From the NCBI GenBank assembly GCA_035261025.1, contig DATFUG010000137.1:1-36161 (forward strand): DNA of 36,161 nucleotides. The letters run 5' to 3'. Position numbers and translations under genes: made by a program. Shown piece after piece: positions 16,429 through 24,412 of this stretch. The stretch comes from Steroidobacteraceae bacterium (lineage in GTDB: Bacteria; Pseudomonadota; Gammaproteobacteria; Steroidobacterales; Steroidobacteraceae). Under the pieces are notes generated by a model. The model was not told where the DNA came from. It did no database searches and saw only the letters and a program-made list of their open reading frames with translations. Every line of letters starts with the position of its first letter. Within the stretch, counting starts at the first letter, position 1.

Positions 16429-16938
16429 TCACGGTTTGATGCAGGCGGTGGCGCAGATGGCGTGGGCGACGTAGCCGGCAGCCGTGACAAAAGCCCGGCC
16501 CGCCTGGTCCATCCGCGCCGTTTGGGGATCTATGCCTTCCGAGATGATGCCGCCGTCCCAGGGACTGGCCAGCAGGATGCCGAGCGCGCGCTCATGTGAG
16601 CGCTTGAGCAGCAATTCGTCGGCCAGCATCCACGAAGTCGTGAACGGGAGGCGATAGCTCCCGGGCAGACCGTAGGGACTGCCGGCATAGGAATAGGGAT
16701 AGGCCGGCGGGTGCAGCCAATCGTAGGTGCGGGCGAACAGGGGATCGGTCTCGGCAATGGACTGCAGGGAGGGCAGTTTCATCAGCGAGCCGGGTGGAAT
16801 CTCGGTCTCGACGTAATGCCCGCCGTCCGTGGCGATGACATCATCGGGCCGCAACGCCAGAGGCGTGCGGTGCGGCGCACCGGCGGCATGGGCAGCCGCG
16901 TGACTCAGACCCATCAACAGAAGAAACTTCCAGCGCAT
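16429..16938 (-). CDS. Small secreted hypothetical protein (169 aa)
   Basis: Track ORF 16429..17001 trimmed to ATG 16936-16938, giving the signal peptide MRWKFLLLMGLSHAAAHA. It ends 23 nt before the GH39 start on the same strand. I could not place it securely in a family; see the findings. Confidence 0.5.
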   Translation of the reverse strand: MRWKFLLLMGLSHAAAHAAGAPHRTPLALRPDDVIATDGGHYVETEIPPGSLMKLPSLQSIAETDPLFARTYDWLHPPAYPYSYAGSPYGLPGSYRLPFTTSWMLADELLLKRSHERALGILLASPWDGGIISEGIDPQTARMDQAGRAFVTAAGYVAHAICATACIKP

Positions 16939-16981
16939 GAAATCCACTATTCTTCGCCCTCGGCAATTATGGCAGCTCGGA

Positions 16982-17003
16982 TTTTCATTGCGCGTTTTCA
17001 TTG
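16982..17003. repeat. Direct repeat ttttcattg (x2, 13-bp period) in the divergent intergenic region between the small ORF/GH39 and GH31
   Basis: Read directly: ttttcattg at 16982-16990 and at 16995-17003. The span tcattgcgcgttttca (16985-17000) contains one CGTTTTCA half-site resembling the LacI operators. Confidence 0.6.
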
Positions 17004-17027
17004 ACCCACTGGATTCGGGGGACAGCG

Positions 17028-19520
17028 ATGCATCGACCTGATCTTGGAACTCGCAGCATCCTGCTGGTGCTGCTGTGCTCCTGCCTCGCCTCCGGAATGG
17101 CCGGTGCCGATTCGGGCGCCACAGTCACCGTGCGCGGCGATGGCGCCGATGCCCAGTCCGGCGCCCTGCGCATGAGAGTCGATGCCCTGGCCGACGATCT
17201 GCTGCGCGTGCGGATCGCGCCGGCCGGCACTTTCCCCGAGGATGCTTCCTGGGTCGTTCCGCCCGCGCTGCGCGCGCAGCGGGTCAGCGTGCAACCGTGG
17301 AACGAGACTGATGCCGCGGGTTTCCGCACCGCCGCGCTGTCAGTCCGGATCGAGCGCGCGCCCTTGCGCCTGATCGTCAAGAATCTGCAGGGCCAGGTTG
17401 TGTCTGCGGACGCGTTGCAGGAAGCCGTGGAGCTGCACGGCCCCGCCTTTACGCTGCACAAGCAGCTGCCGGCGACGGAGCACTATTTCGGGCTGGGCGA
17501 CAAGACCGGTCCGCTGGACCGCCGCGGCGAGTCCTTCGTCAACTGGAACACGGATGCCTTCGGATTCCAGGAATCGACCGATCCGATCTACAAGAGCATT
17601 CCCTTCTTCGTCGCGAGCGGGGGGAGCGCCGGCAGCTACGGCCTCCTGCTGGACAACACCTGGCGGAGCTGGTTTGACTTTGGCAGGCAGGATCCCGGGA
17701 TGCTCTCCTTCGGTGCCGCGGACGGGCCGATTGACTACTACCTGATTTACGGACCTGCGCTGAGCCGCGTGGTCGAGCGCTACACCGACCTGAGCGGCAA
17801 GGCGCCGCTCGCGCCGCAGTGGGCGCTCGGCTTCCAGCAGTCGCGCTACAGTTACATGAGTGCCGCGGAAGTGCGCGGCATCGCCAACCGCATGCGCGCC
17901 GAACGCATCCCGGCCGATGTGATCTGGATGGACATCGACTACCAGGACCGCAACCGGCCCTTCACCACCAACAAGGCCACCTTTCCCGACCTGCCGGGAC
18001 TCGCGCGGGACGTCGGGCGACAGGGCATACACCTGATCGCCATCACTGACCTGCACGTTGCGGACGCACCCGGCGAGGGGTACGCGCCCTACGACAGCGG
18101 TGCCGCCGGCGATCATTTCCTCAAGCTTGCCGACGGTTCGACCTACGTGGGGACCGTGTGGCCCGGCCTCACGGTGTTTCCTGAATTCACCGCGGAGCGC
18201 TCGCGCGACTGGTGGGGTACTCTGTACCGGAACTTCATGGCGGACGGCATCGCCGGCTTCTGGAACGACATGAACGAGCCGGCCATTTTCCGCACGGCCA
18301 GCAAGACCATGCCACCCGATGTCCGGCATCGCATCCAGGAGCCCGGGTTCGCTGCGCGCATCGCCACGCATGCCGAGATTCACAACATCTATGGCATGGA
18401 AAATTCCCGCGCCACTTTCGAGGGCATGCGCCGCCTGGCGCCCGATGAGCGACCCTTCGTCATGACGCGCGCCAGCTTTGCCGGCGGCCAGCGCTATGCC
18501 GTGACCTGGACCGGAGACAACAGCTCGACCTGGAATCACCTGAAGCTGTCCATCTCGATGCTGCTTAACCTGTCCTTAAGCGGCTTCAGCTACAGCGGCG
18601 CCGACGTCGGCGGCTTCCAGGGCGCGCCGAGCGCGGACCTGCTGACCCGCTGGATGGAAATTGCCGCCTTCACGCCGGTGTTCCGCGCGCACTCGTCCAA
18701 TGACTCGACCCGCAGGGAACCGTGGATCGACGGCCCGCGGCACACGGCGATCCGCCGCCATTTCATCGAGGAGCGCTACCGGCTGATGCCCTACCTCTAT
18801 GCGCTGGCCGACGCGAATGCGCGCACCGGCGCGCCCCTGATGCGGCCCGTGTTCTACGACTATCCCGAGGCCTTGCAGGGGCCCTGCGACCAGTCGAGCA
18901 CCTTTATGCTCGGAGACCGGCTGCTGGTCGCGCCGCCGCCGAATTTCGAGTCGCCCGCGGCCTACAAGATCTGCCTGCCCGCGGGCGGCTGGTACGACTA
19001 CTGGAGCGGCGCGCGGGCCGATCCGCTGCAAGTCGTGAACGCCACGGGGGCGTCCGGCGCCACGGCGCAGACCGTCAGCGCGGTGCCGTCACTGGCCAGC
19101 CTGCCGGTGTACGTGCGCGCCGGCACGATCCTGCCGCGCCAGCCACTGGTGCAGAGCACGGCGGACAAGCCGCAGGGCCCGCTGTCACTGGAAATCTATC
19201 CGGGCGATGACTGTCACGGCGTGCTGTATGCCGACGACGGGCACACCCTCGGCTACCAGCGCGGTGGCTACCTGCGCCAGGAGCTGCGTTGCTCGGCGAG
19301 CGCCGATGAGCTGAAGATCCGGTTCGAAGCGCGGAGCGGCGACTTCCATCCCTGGTGGGCACAGCTGCAGATCCACGTCCACGGGTGGCGCGGCGCTGCG
19401 AGCGCGACCATCGCCGGGAGCACGGTCGCCACGCACGCGGACGCCAGGAATCAGGTCCTGACGCTGACAATCGCCGATCAGGCCACCCCGGCCGAGCTGG
19501 TGATCCGTCGGGGCTCTTAG
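17028..19520 (+). CDS. GH31 family alpha-glucosidase/alpha-xylosidase, secreted
   Basis: Track ORF 17001..19520 begins at a TTG. It is trimmed here to ATG 17028, which is preceded by GGGGGA. Signal peptide is MHRPDLGTRSILLVLLCSCLASGMAGA. The nucleophile motif is GFWNDMNEP and the acid/base region is WTGDNSSTW. Confidence 0.85.
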   Translation: MHRPDLGTRSILLVLLCSCLASGMAGADSGATVTVRGDGADAQSGALRMRVDALADDLLRVRIAPAGTFPEDASWVVPPALRAQRVSVQPWNETDAAGFRTAALSVRIERAPLRLIVKNLQGQVVSADALQEAVELHGPAFTLHKQLPATEHYFGLGDKTGPLDRRGESFVNWNTDAFGFQESTDPIYKSIPFFVASGGSAGSYGLLLDNTWRSWFDFGRQDPGMLSFGAADGPIDYYLIYGPALSRVVERYTDLSGKAPLAPQWALGFQQSRYSYMSAAEVRGIANRMRAERIPADVIWMDIDYQDRNRPFTTNKATFPDLPGLARDVGRQGIHLIAITDLHVADAPGEGYAPYDSGAAGDHFLKLADGSTYVGTVWPGLTVFPEFTAERSRDWWGTLYRNFMADGIAGFWNDMNEPAIFRTASKTMPPDVRHRIQEPGFAARIATHAEIHNIYGMENSRATFEGMRRLAPDERPFVMTRASFAGGQRYAVTWTGDNSSTWNHLKLSISMLLNLSLSGFSYSGADVGGFQGAPSADLLTRWMEIAAFTPVFRAHSSNDSTRREPWIDGPRHTAIRRHFIEERYRLMPYLYALADANARTGAPLMRPVFYDYPEALQGPCDQSSTFMLGDRLLVAPPPNFESPAAYKICLPAGGWYDYWSGARADPLQVVNATGASGATAQTVSAVPSLASLPVYVRAGTILPRQPLVQSTADKPQGPLSLEIYPGDDCHGVLYADDGHTLGYQRGGYLRQELRCSASADELKIRFEARSGDFHPWWAQLQIHVHGWRGAASATIAGSTVATHADARNQVLTLTIADQATPAELVIRRGS

Positions 19521-22345
19521 TCTTTCAGTTGAAAATTGACGGCAAATACTTTGACGGAATCCGCGGCCTTGCCCGCCCTTTCCGCCGGCAGGAATTCAAT
19601 CGTCTCCGCATAGCGCTGTGCGGCGTCGTCAAGCAGCGCGGAGCCCGAAGAGAAGGCAATCGCGAACTTGAGCGCGCATCCGGTCGCCGACACCTGGGCG
19701 GATACGAGGACGCGACCCTCCTCATACAGTTGCCGACTGAGCTCGGGATAGAACTCCCCGGGCGATCGCGGCATCGCGCCAAACTTGGCTCCGACGGAAT
19801 TGGAGGTGTGGGTGGCTGGCGCCGGACAGGGCGTCAGTCGTGCATGATAGTCAGCGTCGCTCACTGTCATGCTGTGCGCCGCCTCTTTGCGCTCCCGTTG
19901 ATAGGCATCCAGCAACTGGTGAGCGAATGTAATCGAGGTCTCGGAAGGCTCACCGCTGCCCAGCACATCCATCAGGGCCTTCTCAGCGGTCAGCACTTCC
20001 TGACTGTGCGGCGTATTTTCGGGCATACGATTGCGCGCCAGGAATGATCCCCACAAGTCCCGGTTGTGCCTCAGGGCCGGCACTGCGGTCCAGTAGGTGA
20101 AGATCGTTTTCGTGCGCCGCAGATAATCCTGCTCCAGCGCCTCGGCATCCGCCCCGGGGGCGAGAAATTGGACCTCGATGCGGGTCATCATTTCCTGCAG
20201 ATCTTCGCTCGGCAAGCGGCCACGCAGATCCCGGCCAAAAGAACTATCGGCCTGTTTGGACTTCTCAAGCAGCGGTCGGGCCAGGCTGTCGAAGGCTTCC
20301 CCCAGCGTCGAAGCGAGCGGCTGCGCCGGCACGACGCTCTCCCCAGGACCCTTCTCCAGGATCTGGGCGACGGATGAAAGCTTTTGCACCAGCTGCACCC
20401 AATTGCCGAGCAGTGCTTCATCTTCGAAATGCAACGACACGCCGTAAAGCAGCTCGGTCGAAACCAATCCCGCCTTTTTACCCGGGGCATCCACGATGAC
20501 CGACACTTCGGAGATCGTGGCGGTCCGGCGGTTCCACCGTCCGCTGTAGGGATCGCGGCGGTTACGCATATCATCAAAAGCACTGCGCAAATCAAGCCTG
20601 GCGGTCGGCGGCGGGCGAAGCCGGCGCCAGAGCCCGAGCTTGACTTTCCGTTGTGCGTCCTTATTCCACCAGGCTTCCTCAAGGTCCCAGAGTACCTGGT
20701 CCCCGTCCGGGACAAATCCCATGGTCAGGGTCAGCACACTCCTGTTATCCAGTGCCAATACGCTCGACGGTACGGTGAACGAAAATCTCCTGCCACGCAG
20801 TGACCATTCCGGGGAGCTGCTCAGGGTGACGTCCGTCAAGGCTTTGGGCAGCCACGCGCTGCGCGCGAAGTAAGCGCGCCATTGCGCCAGTGTACCGGTG
20901 TACGAGACGTCAATCTGGTTGGCCAGGAGGTGGAGACGCTCCTCCGAAATCGCACGGATCGAGGAAGGCACATACAGGATGAGTGCGCAGTAGCCATCTG
21001 GCGTGGGCAGCAACAGGCTCTCCAGGTAGAAATCCATGAAGGGGATAGCCCAGACCCGTTGCTGCCATTTTCGACCGTAGCGGTCCACGTACATCGTGTC
21101 GCTGAGTGCTGCGCCCAGAGAAGTGACGCGCACCTGATCCGTGCCGACGGGGCGTCGCAGATTCAACCCCTTCAGGGCGAGATCCATGAATGCTCTGGAA
21201 TTCGCAAACAAGGCGTCGTCCGCCGCGTTGTCCGAACGCACCAGGCGAAGCAATACGGCGCCGGAGACATTCGCTACGCTGACCGAACCATCGCCGGGAA
21301 GGTCTGTCGCCGTGTAGTACGGTGCCGTCGCGCTCCAGCTGCCATCGTCCTGCTGCTCGATCAGTCGTGGCCGGAAATCGTTGGCTTCAGGCGCGTAAAG
21401 CACGGCTTCGGAGCCGCTGCCCTTCGGGAACAGCGTATCGGCATAGGTCTTCAGCAAGCGCTCGCGCGAGGCATCTTCATGGCGCGCGATGACCGTCCGA
21501 TAGTTGCGCGCAAATTCGGTCCAGGACAGCGGCAGATTGAATCCGTCCTGGAATATGTAGGTCTGTGTCCCGTGCAGATACGGCAGGCTGATCAGCCGCC
21601 GATCATCGAAGCGCGCCTTGTGCTCCGGCGCCTCCAGGACCTGGGAGATGGGCAGCGAGTAGTTCAGGTTCTCATTGGGTGACTTGCCAATCACGATGCC
21701 GATGACGCGCCCCTGTGCGTCGAGGAGCGGCCCGCCGCTATTGCCGGGTGAAGCTGCCGCGGAAAAGCGGATCCACTTCCAGCGGCCATCCTGCTCTTCC
21801 GCGGTGGCCGAGGTGTAGAGCCCGTCACGAATCACGATGCCTTCGCCCAGGGCATTGCCCACCGCCATCACAGGATCATCGATCTGCGGCTGCTGATTGG
21901 TGTCGAGCCCGGGCGGAGCCGGATCGATCTGCACGGAAAAAACCACAAAATCCTGATACGAGGAAAACTTCAGAATCCGGTCGATGGCGTAGACCGAGCC
22001 GTCCGTGCGCCGTAGCGCGGGGCTCCCGTATTGGCTGTCCATTCCGGCGAGCAGGACATGCGCCGCCGTTACGTAGGTGTTGGACCCCAGGGCAAAGGCG
22101 GTGCCGACGGCCTGGTACGCATCCGTACGCTCGATATAAGGCAGCAACTCGAGTGGCAACGGCTTTTCGTAAGTGAGCGGATCCTTCTCCGGCTTCTTCA
22201 TCACCACTTCAAAGGTGCTGGCCCGGATGGAATGCTGCAGTTCGGGGGTCGGACCAGCGGCGCGCAGCGGACAGGCTGTCAGCCACAGGGCCGCCCCTAG
22301 TGCAGGAATCCCCAGGCGGCGGCGGTCAGCGCAAATGAAGCGCAA
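19517..22345 (-). CDS. Multidomain lipoprotein: N-terminal S1 (trypsin-like) serine protease, about 550 aa of unassigned sequence, and a C-terminal TonB_C-like domain
   Basis: Track ORF of 942 aa. The N-terminus MRFICADRRRLGIPALGAALWLTAC has a lipobox (LTAC). The catalytic triad context is VTAAHVL, QDFVVFSV and SPGNSGGPLLD. The C-terminus FYPELSRQLYEEGRVLVSAQVSATG...IAFSSGSALLDDAAQRYAETIEFLPA matches the TonB C-terminal domain pattern. Confidence 0.75.
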   Translation of the reverse strand: MRFICADRRRLGIPALGAALWLTACPLRAAGPTPELQHSIRASTFEVVMKKPEKDPLTYEKPLPLELLPYIERTDAYQAVGTAFALGSNTYVTAAHVLLAGMDSQYGSPALRRTDGSVYAIDRILKFSSYQDFVVFSVQIDPAPPGLDTNQQPQIDDPVMAVGNALGEGIVIRDGLYTSATAEEQDGRWKWIRFSAAASPGNSGGPLLDAQGRVIGIVIGKSPNENLNYSLPISQVLEAPEHKARFDDRRLISLPYLHGTQTYIFQDGFNLPLSWTEFARNYRTVIARHEDASRERLLKTYADTLFPKGSGSEAVLYAPEANDFRPRLIEQQDDGSWSATAPYYTATDLPGDGSVSVANVSGAVLLRLVRSDNAADDALFANSRAFMDLALKGLNLRRPVGTDQVRVTSLGAALSDTMYVDRYGRKWQQRVWAIPFMDFYLESLLLPTPDGYCALILYVPSSIRAISEERLHLLANQIDVSYTGTLAQWRAYFARSAWLPKALTDVTLSSSPEWSLRGRRFSFTVPSSVLALDNRSVLTLTMGFVPDGDQVLWDLEEAWWNKDAQRKVKLGLWRRLRPPPTARLDLRSAFDDMRNRRDPYSGRWNRRTATISEVSVIVDAPGKKAGLVSTELLYGVSLHFEDEALLGNWVQLVQKLSSVAQILEKGPGESVVPAQPLASTLGEAFDSLARPLLEKSKQADSSFGRDLRGRLPSEDLQEMMTRIEVQFLAPGADAEALEQDYLRRTKTIFTYWTAVPALRHNRDLWGSFLARNRMPENTPHSQEVLTAEKALMDVLGSGEPSETSITFAHQLLDAYQRERKEAAHSMTVSDADYHARLTPCPAPATHTSNSVGAKFGAMPRSPGEFYPELSRQLYEEGRVLVSAQVSATGCALKFAIAFSSGSALLDDAAQRYAETIEFLPAERAGKAADSVKVFAVNFQLKD

Positions 22346-22865
22346 TCGCGTCGCCCAGCCGGTGCAATCCGCCGGAGACGTCGACCAGCCGCCCGTTTAC
22401 AAACAGGCCCGGGGACGTGCGCACGTGGCTGCGGATCGCCCCATCGACCTGCTCGCGCACGCGCTGGCGGTAGATCTCATCGTCCAGGGCGGCGGTGAAC
22501 TGTGCGAGATCCAGCCCCAGCTCGGCGGCGTAGTCGTGCAACGCCCGGCGTTCCAGTCGTGCCGCCTGGCGCAACAGCAAATCGTGCATCTCCCAGAATT
22601 TACCTTCCGCGCCCGCCGCTTCGGCGGCTTCGGCGGCCATCAGCGCATGGGGATGAGCACTCTCGACCGGAAAGTGCCGATAGATCAGTCTCAACGTCGT
22701 GGGATGCTGGTCGAGCAGCATGCGTACGCCCGGCTCCGCCGCACGGCAGATCGGACACTCAAAATCGCCGTACTCCACCACGGTGATTCGCGCCTCGGGT
22801 GAGCCGCGCACGTGATCGGTGGGACCTATCGGTACTTTCAGGTCCTGGCCCGGTGGTTCGGTCAT
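22326..22865 (-). CDS. DsbA-family thioredoxin-fold protein (CPIC active site)
   Basis: Track ORF 22326..22901 trimmed to ATG 22863-22865, with SD GGGAG 6 nt upstream. It has VVEYGDFECPICRAAEP, FPVESAHPHA, GKFWEMHDLLL and SPGLFVNG, a DsbA-like/Thioredoxin_4 pattern. No signal peptide is evident. Its 3' end overlaps the protease gene start by 20 nt. Confidence 0.75.
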   Translation of the reverse strand: MTEPPGQDLKVPIGPTDHVRGSPEARITVVEYGDFECPICRAAEPGVRMLLDQHPTTLRLIYRHFPVESAHPHALMAAEAAEAAGAEGKFWEMHDLLLRQAARLERRALHDYAAELGLDLAQFTAALDDEIYRQRVREQVDGAIRSHVRTSPGLFVNGRLVDVSGGLHRLGDAIALHLR

Positions 22866-22939
22866 CGGTGACTCCCGACGGTTGAAGGGTAACTTTCGCA
22901 AAAATCATGCGCCGGCGGGGTATGGGATGCAATGTGCAT

Positions 22940-24370
22940 TCAGCGGGGAACAGCGGATCGGGCCGCCGTCTCGGGCGCCAGGCGCGCCCGTTCGTACACG
23001 GCCTCGAGAAAGGCGGCGTGACTCCAGCCGATACCGCGCGAGGACGCCGGCCGGCCGGTGCGCTTGTCGATCTGCTCGTACATCTGCCCGTCTGCCGGCG
23101 TGCTGAGCTGCAATCTCATCATGATGCGATCGGCCTTGCGCGTGAAGGCCGCCATCGCCTCCCGATTCAATGCCGAGCCAGGCGACAGGTTCGTCCCGGG
23201 CATGGCAGACCGCAGGAAGGCGGCATTGCGCGCCGTCACGGCCAGACTGGCGCCCGCCTCCAGGCGCGCCGCCAACCGGTAGTAGAAACGGGCAAAATCC
23301 GCCGTGATGAACACCCAGGGATTGCCGCCGTAGTACACGTCTCCGGCGTAGCGCCCGTAGCCGAGCCCGACATCGCTGCGATGATTGATCGGGTAGCTCG
23401 AGCGGAACAGCTCCTCGAACACGGCCACGCTCGCCTGCACGCGATCGTCGAGCACCGAGTGCGCCGCCGAGTTCCGGTCCGCGTCGACGACCGCCACGAT
23501 CACTTCGGCATCCAGGTCGGTCTTCTTGGCCGTGTAGCCGTCGGTCGCCACTATGGCCAGTTGCGAGCGGAGGAAGCCGCGGGTGGGATCCCAGTGATCG
23601 TCCAGCAGCGGCTCGAGGCGCTGCGCCACGTTCCGGTACTTCGCCACGCGCTCGGCCGGCGCGCCGTGCCGCTCCAGCCAGTCCGCCCCCTGCTCGAGCG
23701 CGGCGAGCTGGACCAGGCGCGTGTGGTAACTGTCGGCCACCAATTCTTCCCAGGCATCGAAGCCGCGCTGGTTCCAGACGCTCGCCACGAAATCAAGATC
23801 GGCCCCGAGGACTGTCGTCGCGAGTGCTTCGAGATCGGGACGGGCAAGTTGGGCCGCCTCGGCCGCACGCAGGAAATCCACGACCGCCAGAACGCGCAGG
23901 GCCGGACCGTCGAACTGCGGACGTGACCACGGGAGCGAATCGAGCTCACCGGTCACCGTGTAACGCGGCTCACCCAGCCCATACTTCGAAGGCAGGGCCT
24001 GCAGGCGCTGCGTGAGTGTGAGGAAATCCGTGAATTGTCTTTCGAACAGGCTGCGGCTGGCATAGGGACGGCGGAGCGCAAAGGCGTCCGCCGCCGCGTG
24101 CATCACCAGCGAGGAATCGCGTATCCAGTGAAAGTAGTAGTCGGGATCCTTTTTCTGCAGGGCGCCCACGACGATGCCGGGAAGGGGCGGCGGCTCTCCG
24201 GGGCGCTTCGGTTCCCGCGGGGAAATGTTCTCCAGCATGTGCTGCCAGGAGTGCTGTTCCTGCTGCACCAGCCAATCGGGCAGCGGAACCGGCGCGGCGG
24301 CGCCCGCACCGCGCCAGAGGCAGGCCAACAGCAGGGCCCAGGAAAGGCGATCGACAGGGCGGCGCTTCAT
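22940..24370 (-). CDS. GH15 glucoamylase-like glycoside hydrolase, secreted
   Basis: Track ORF 22940..25243 trimmed to ATG 24368-24370 (in frame, 477 codons): MKRRPVDRLSWALLLACLWRGAGAAAP. It has DYYFHWIRDSSLV, RPQFDGPALR, GFDAWEEL (general acid region) and MYEQIDKRTG...GWSHAAFLEA (general base region). Confidence 0.8.
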   Translation of the reverse strand: MKRRPVDRLSWALLLACLWRGAGAAAPVPLPDWLVQQEQHSWQHMLENISPREPKRPGEPPPLPGIVVGALQKKDPDYYFHWIRDSSLVMHAAADAFALRRPYASRSLFERQFTDFLTLTQRLQALPSKYGLGEPRYTVTGELDSLPWSRPQFDGPALRVLAVVDFLRAAEAAQLARPDLEALATTVLGADLDFVASVWNQRGFDAWEELVADSYHTRLVQLAALEQGADWLERHGAPAERVAKYRNVAQRLEPLLDDHWDPTRGFLRSQLAIVATDGYTAKKTDLDAEVIVAVVDADRNSAAHSVLDDRVQASVAVFEELFRSSYPINHRSDVGLGYGRYAGDVYYGGNPWVFITADFARFYYRLAARLEAGASLAVTARNAAFLRSAMPGTNLSPGSALNREAMAAFTRKADRIMMRLQLSTPADGQMYEQIDKRTGRPASSRGIGWSHAAFLEAVYERARLAPETAARSAVPR

Positions 24371-24412
24371 CTGGGCGAGTTTATGCTCTGTTAAGATCCA
24401 AGGGAGACAGAA

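Noticed and set aside
19517-22865. The protease gene pair considered as a phage-defence or toxin-type system, because of its lower GC and large unassigned central region.
   Set aside because: The lipoprotein signal and TonB_C domain point to an envelope function. No nuclease, ATPase, NTPase, toxin or mobility genes accompany it. I kept it as a finding, but not as a defence system.
22927-22939. Short hairpin atgca-atg-tgcat just after the GH15 stop, considered as a terminator.
   Set aside because: The stem is only 5 bp, AT-containing, and has no U-tract, which is too weak to support a call.
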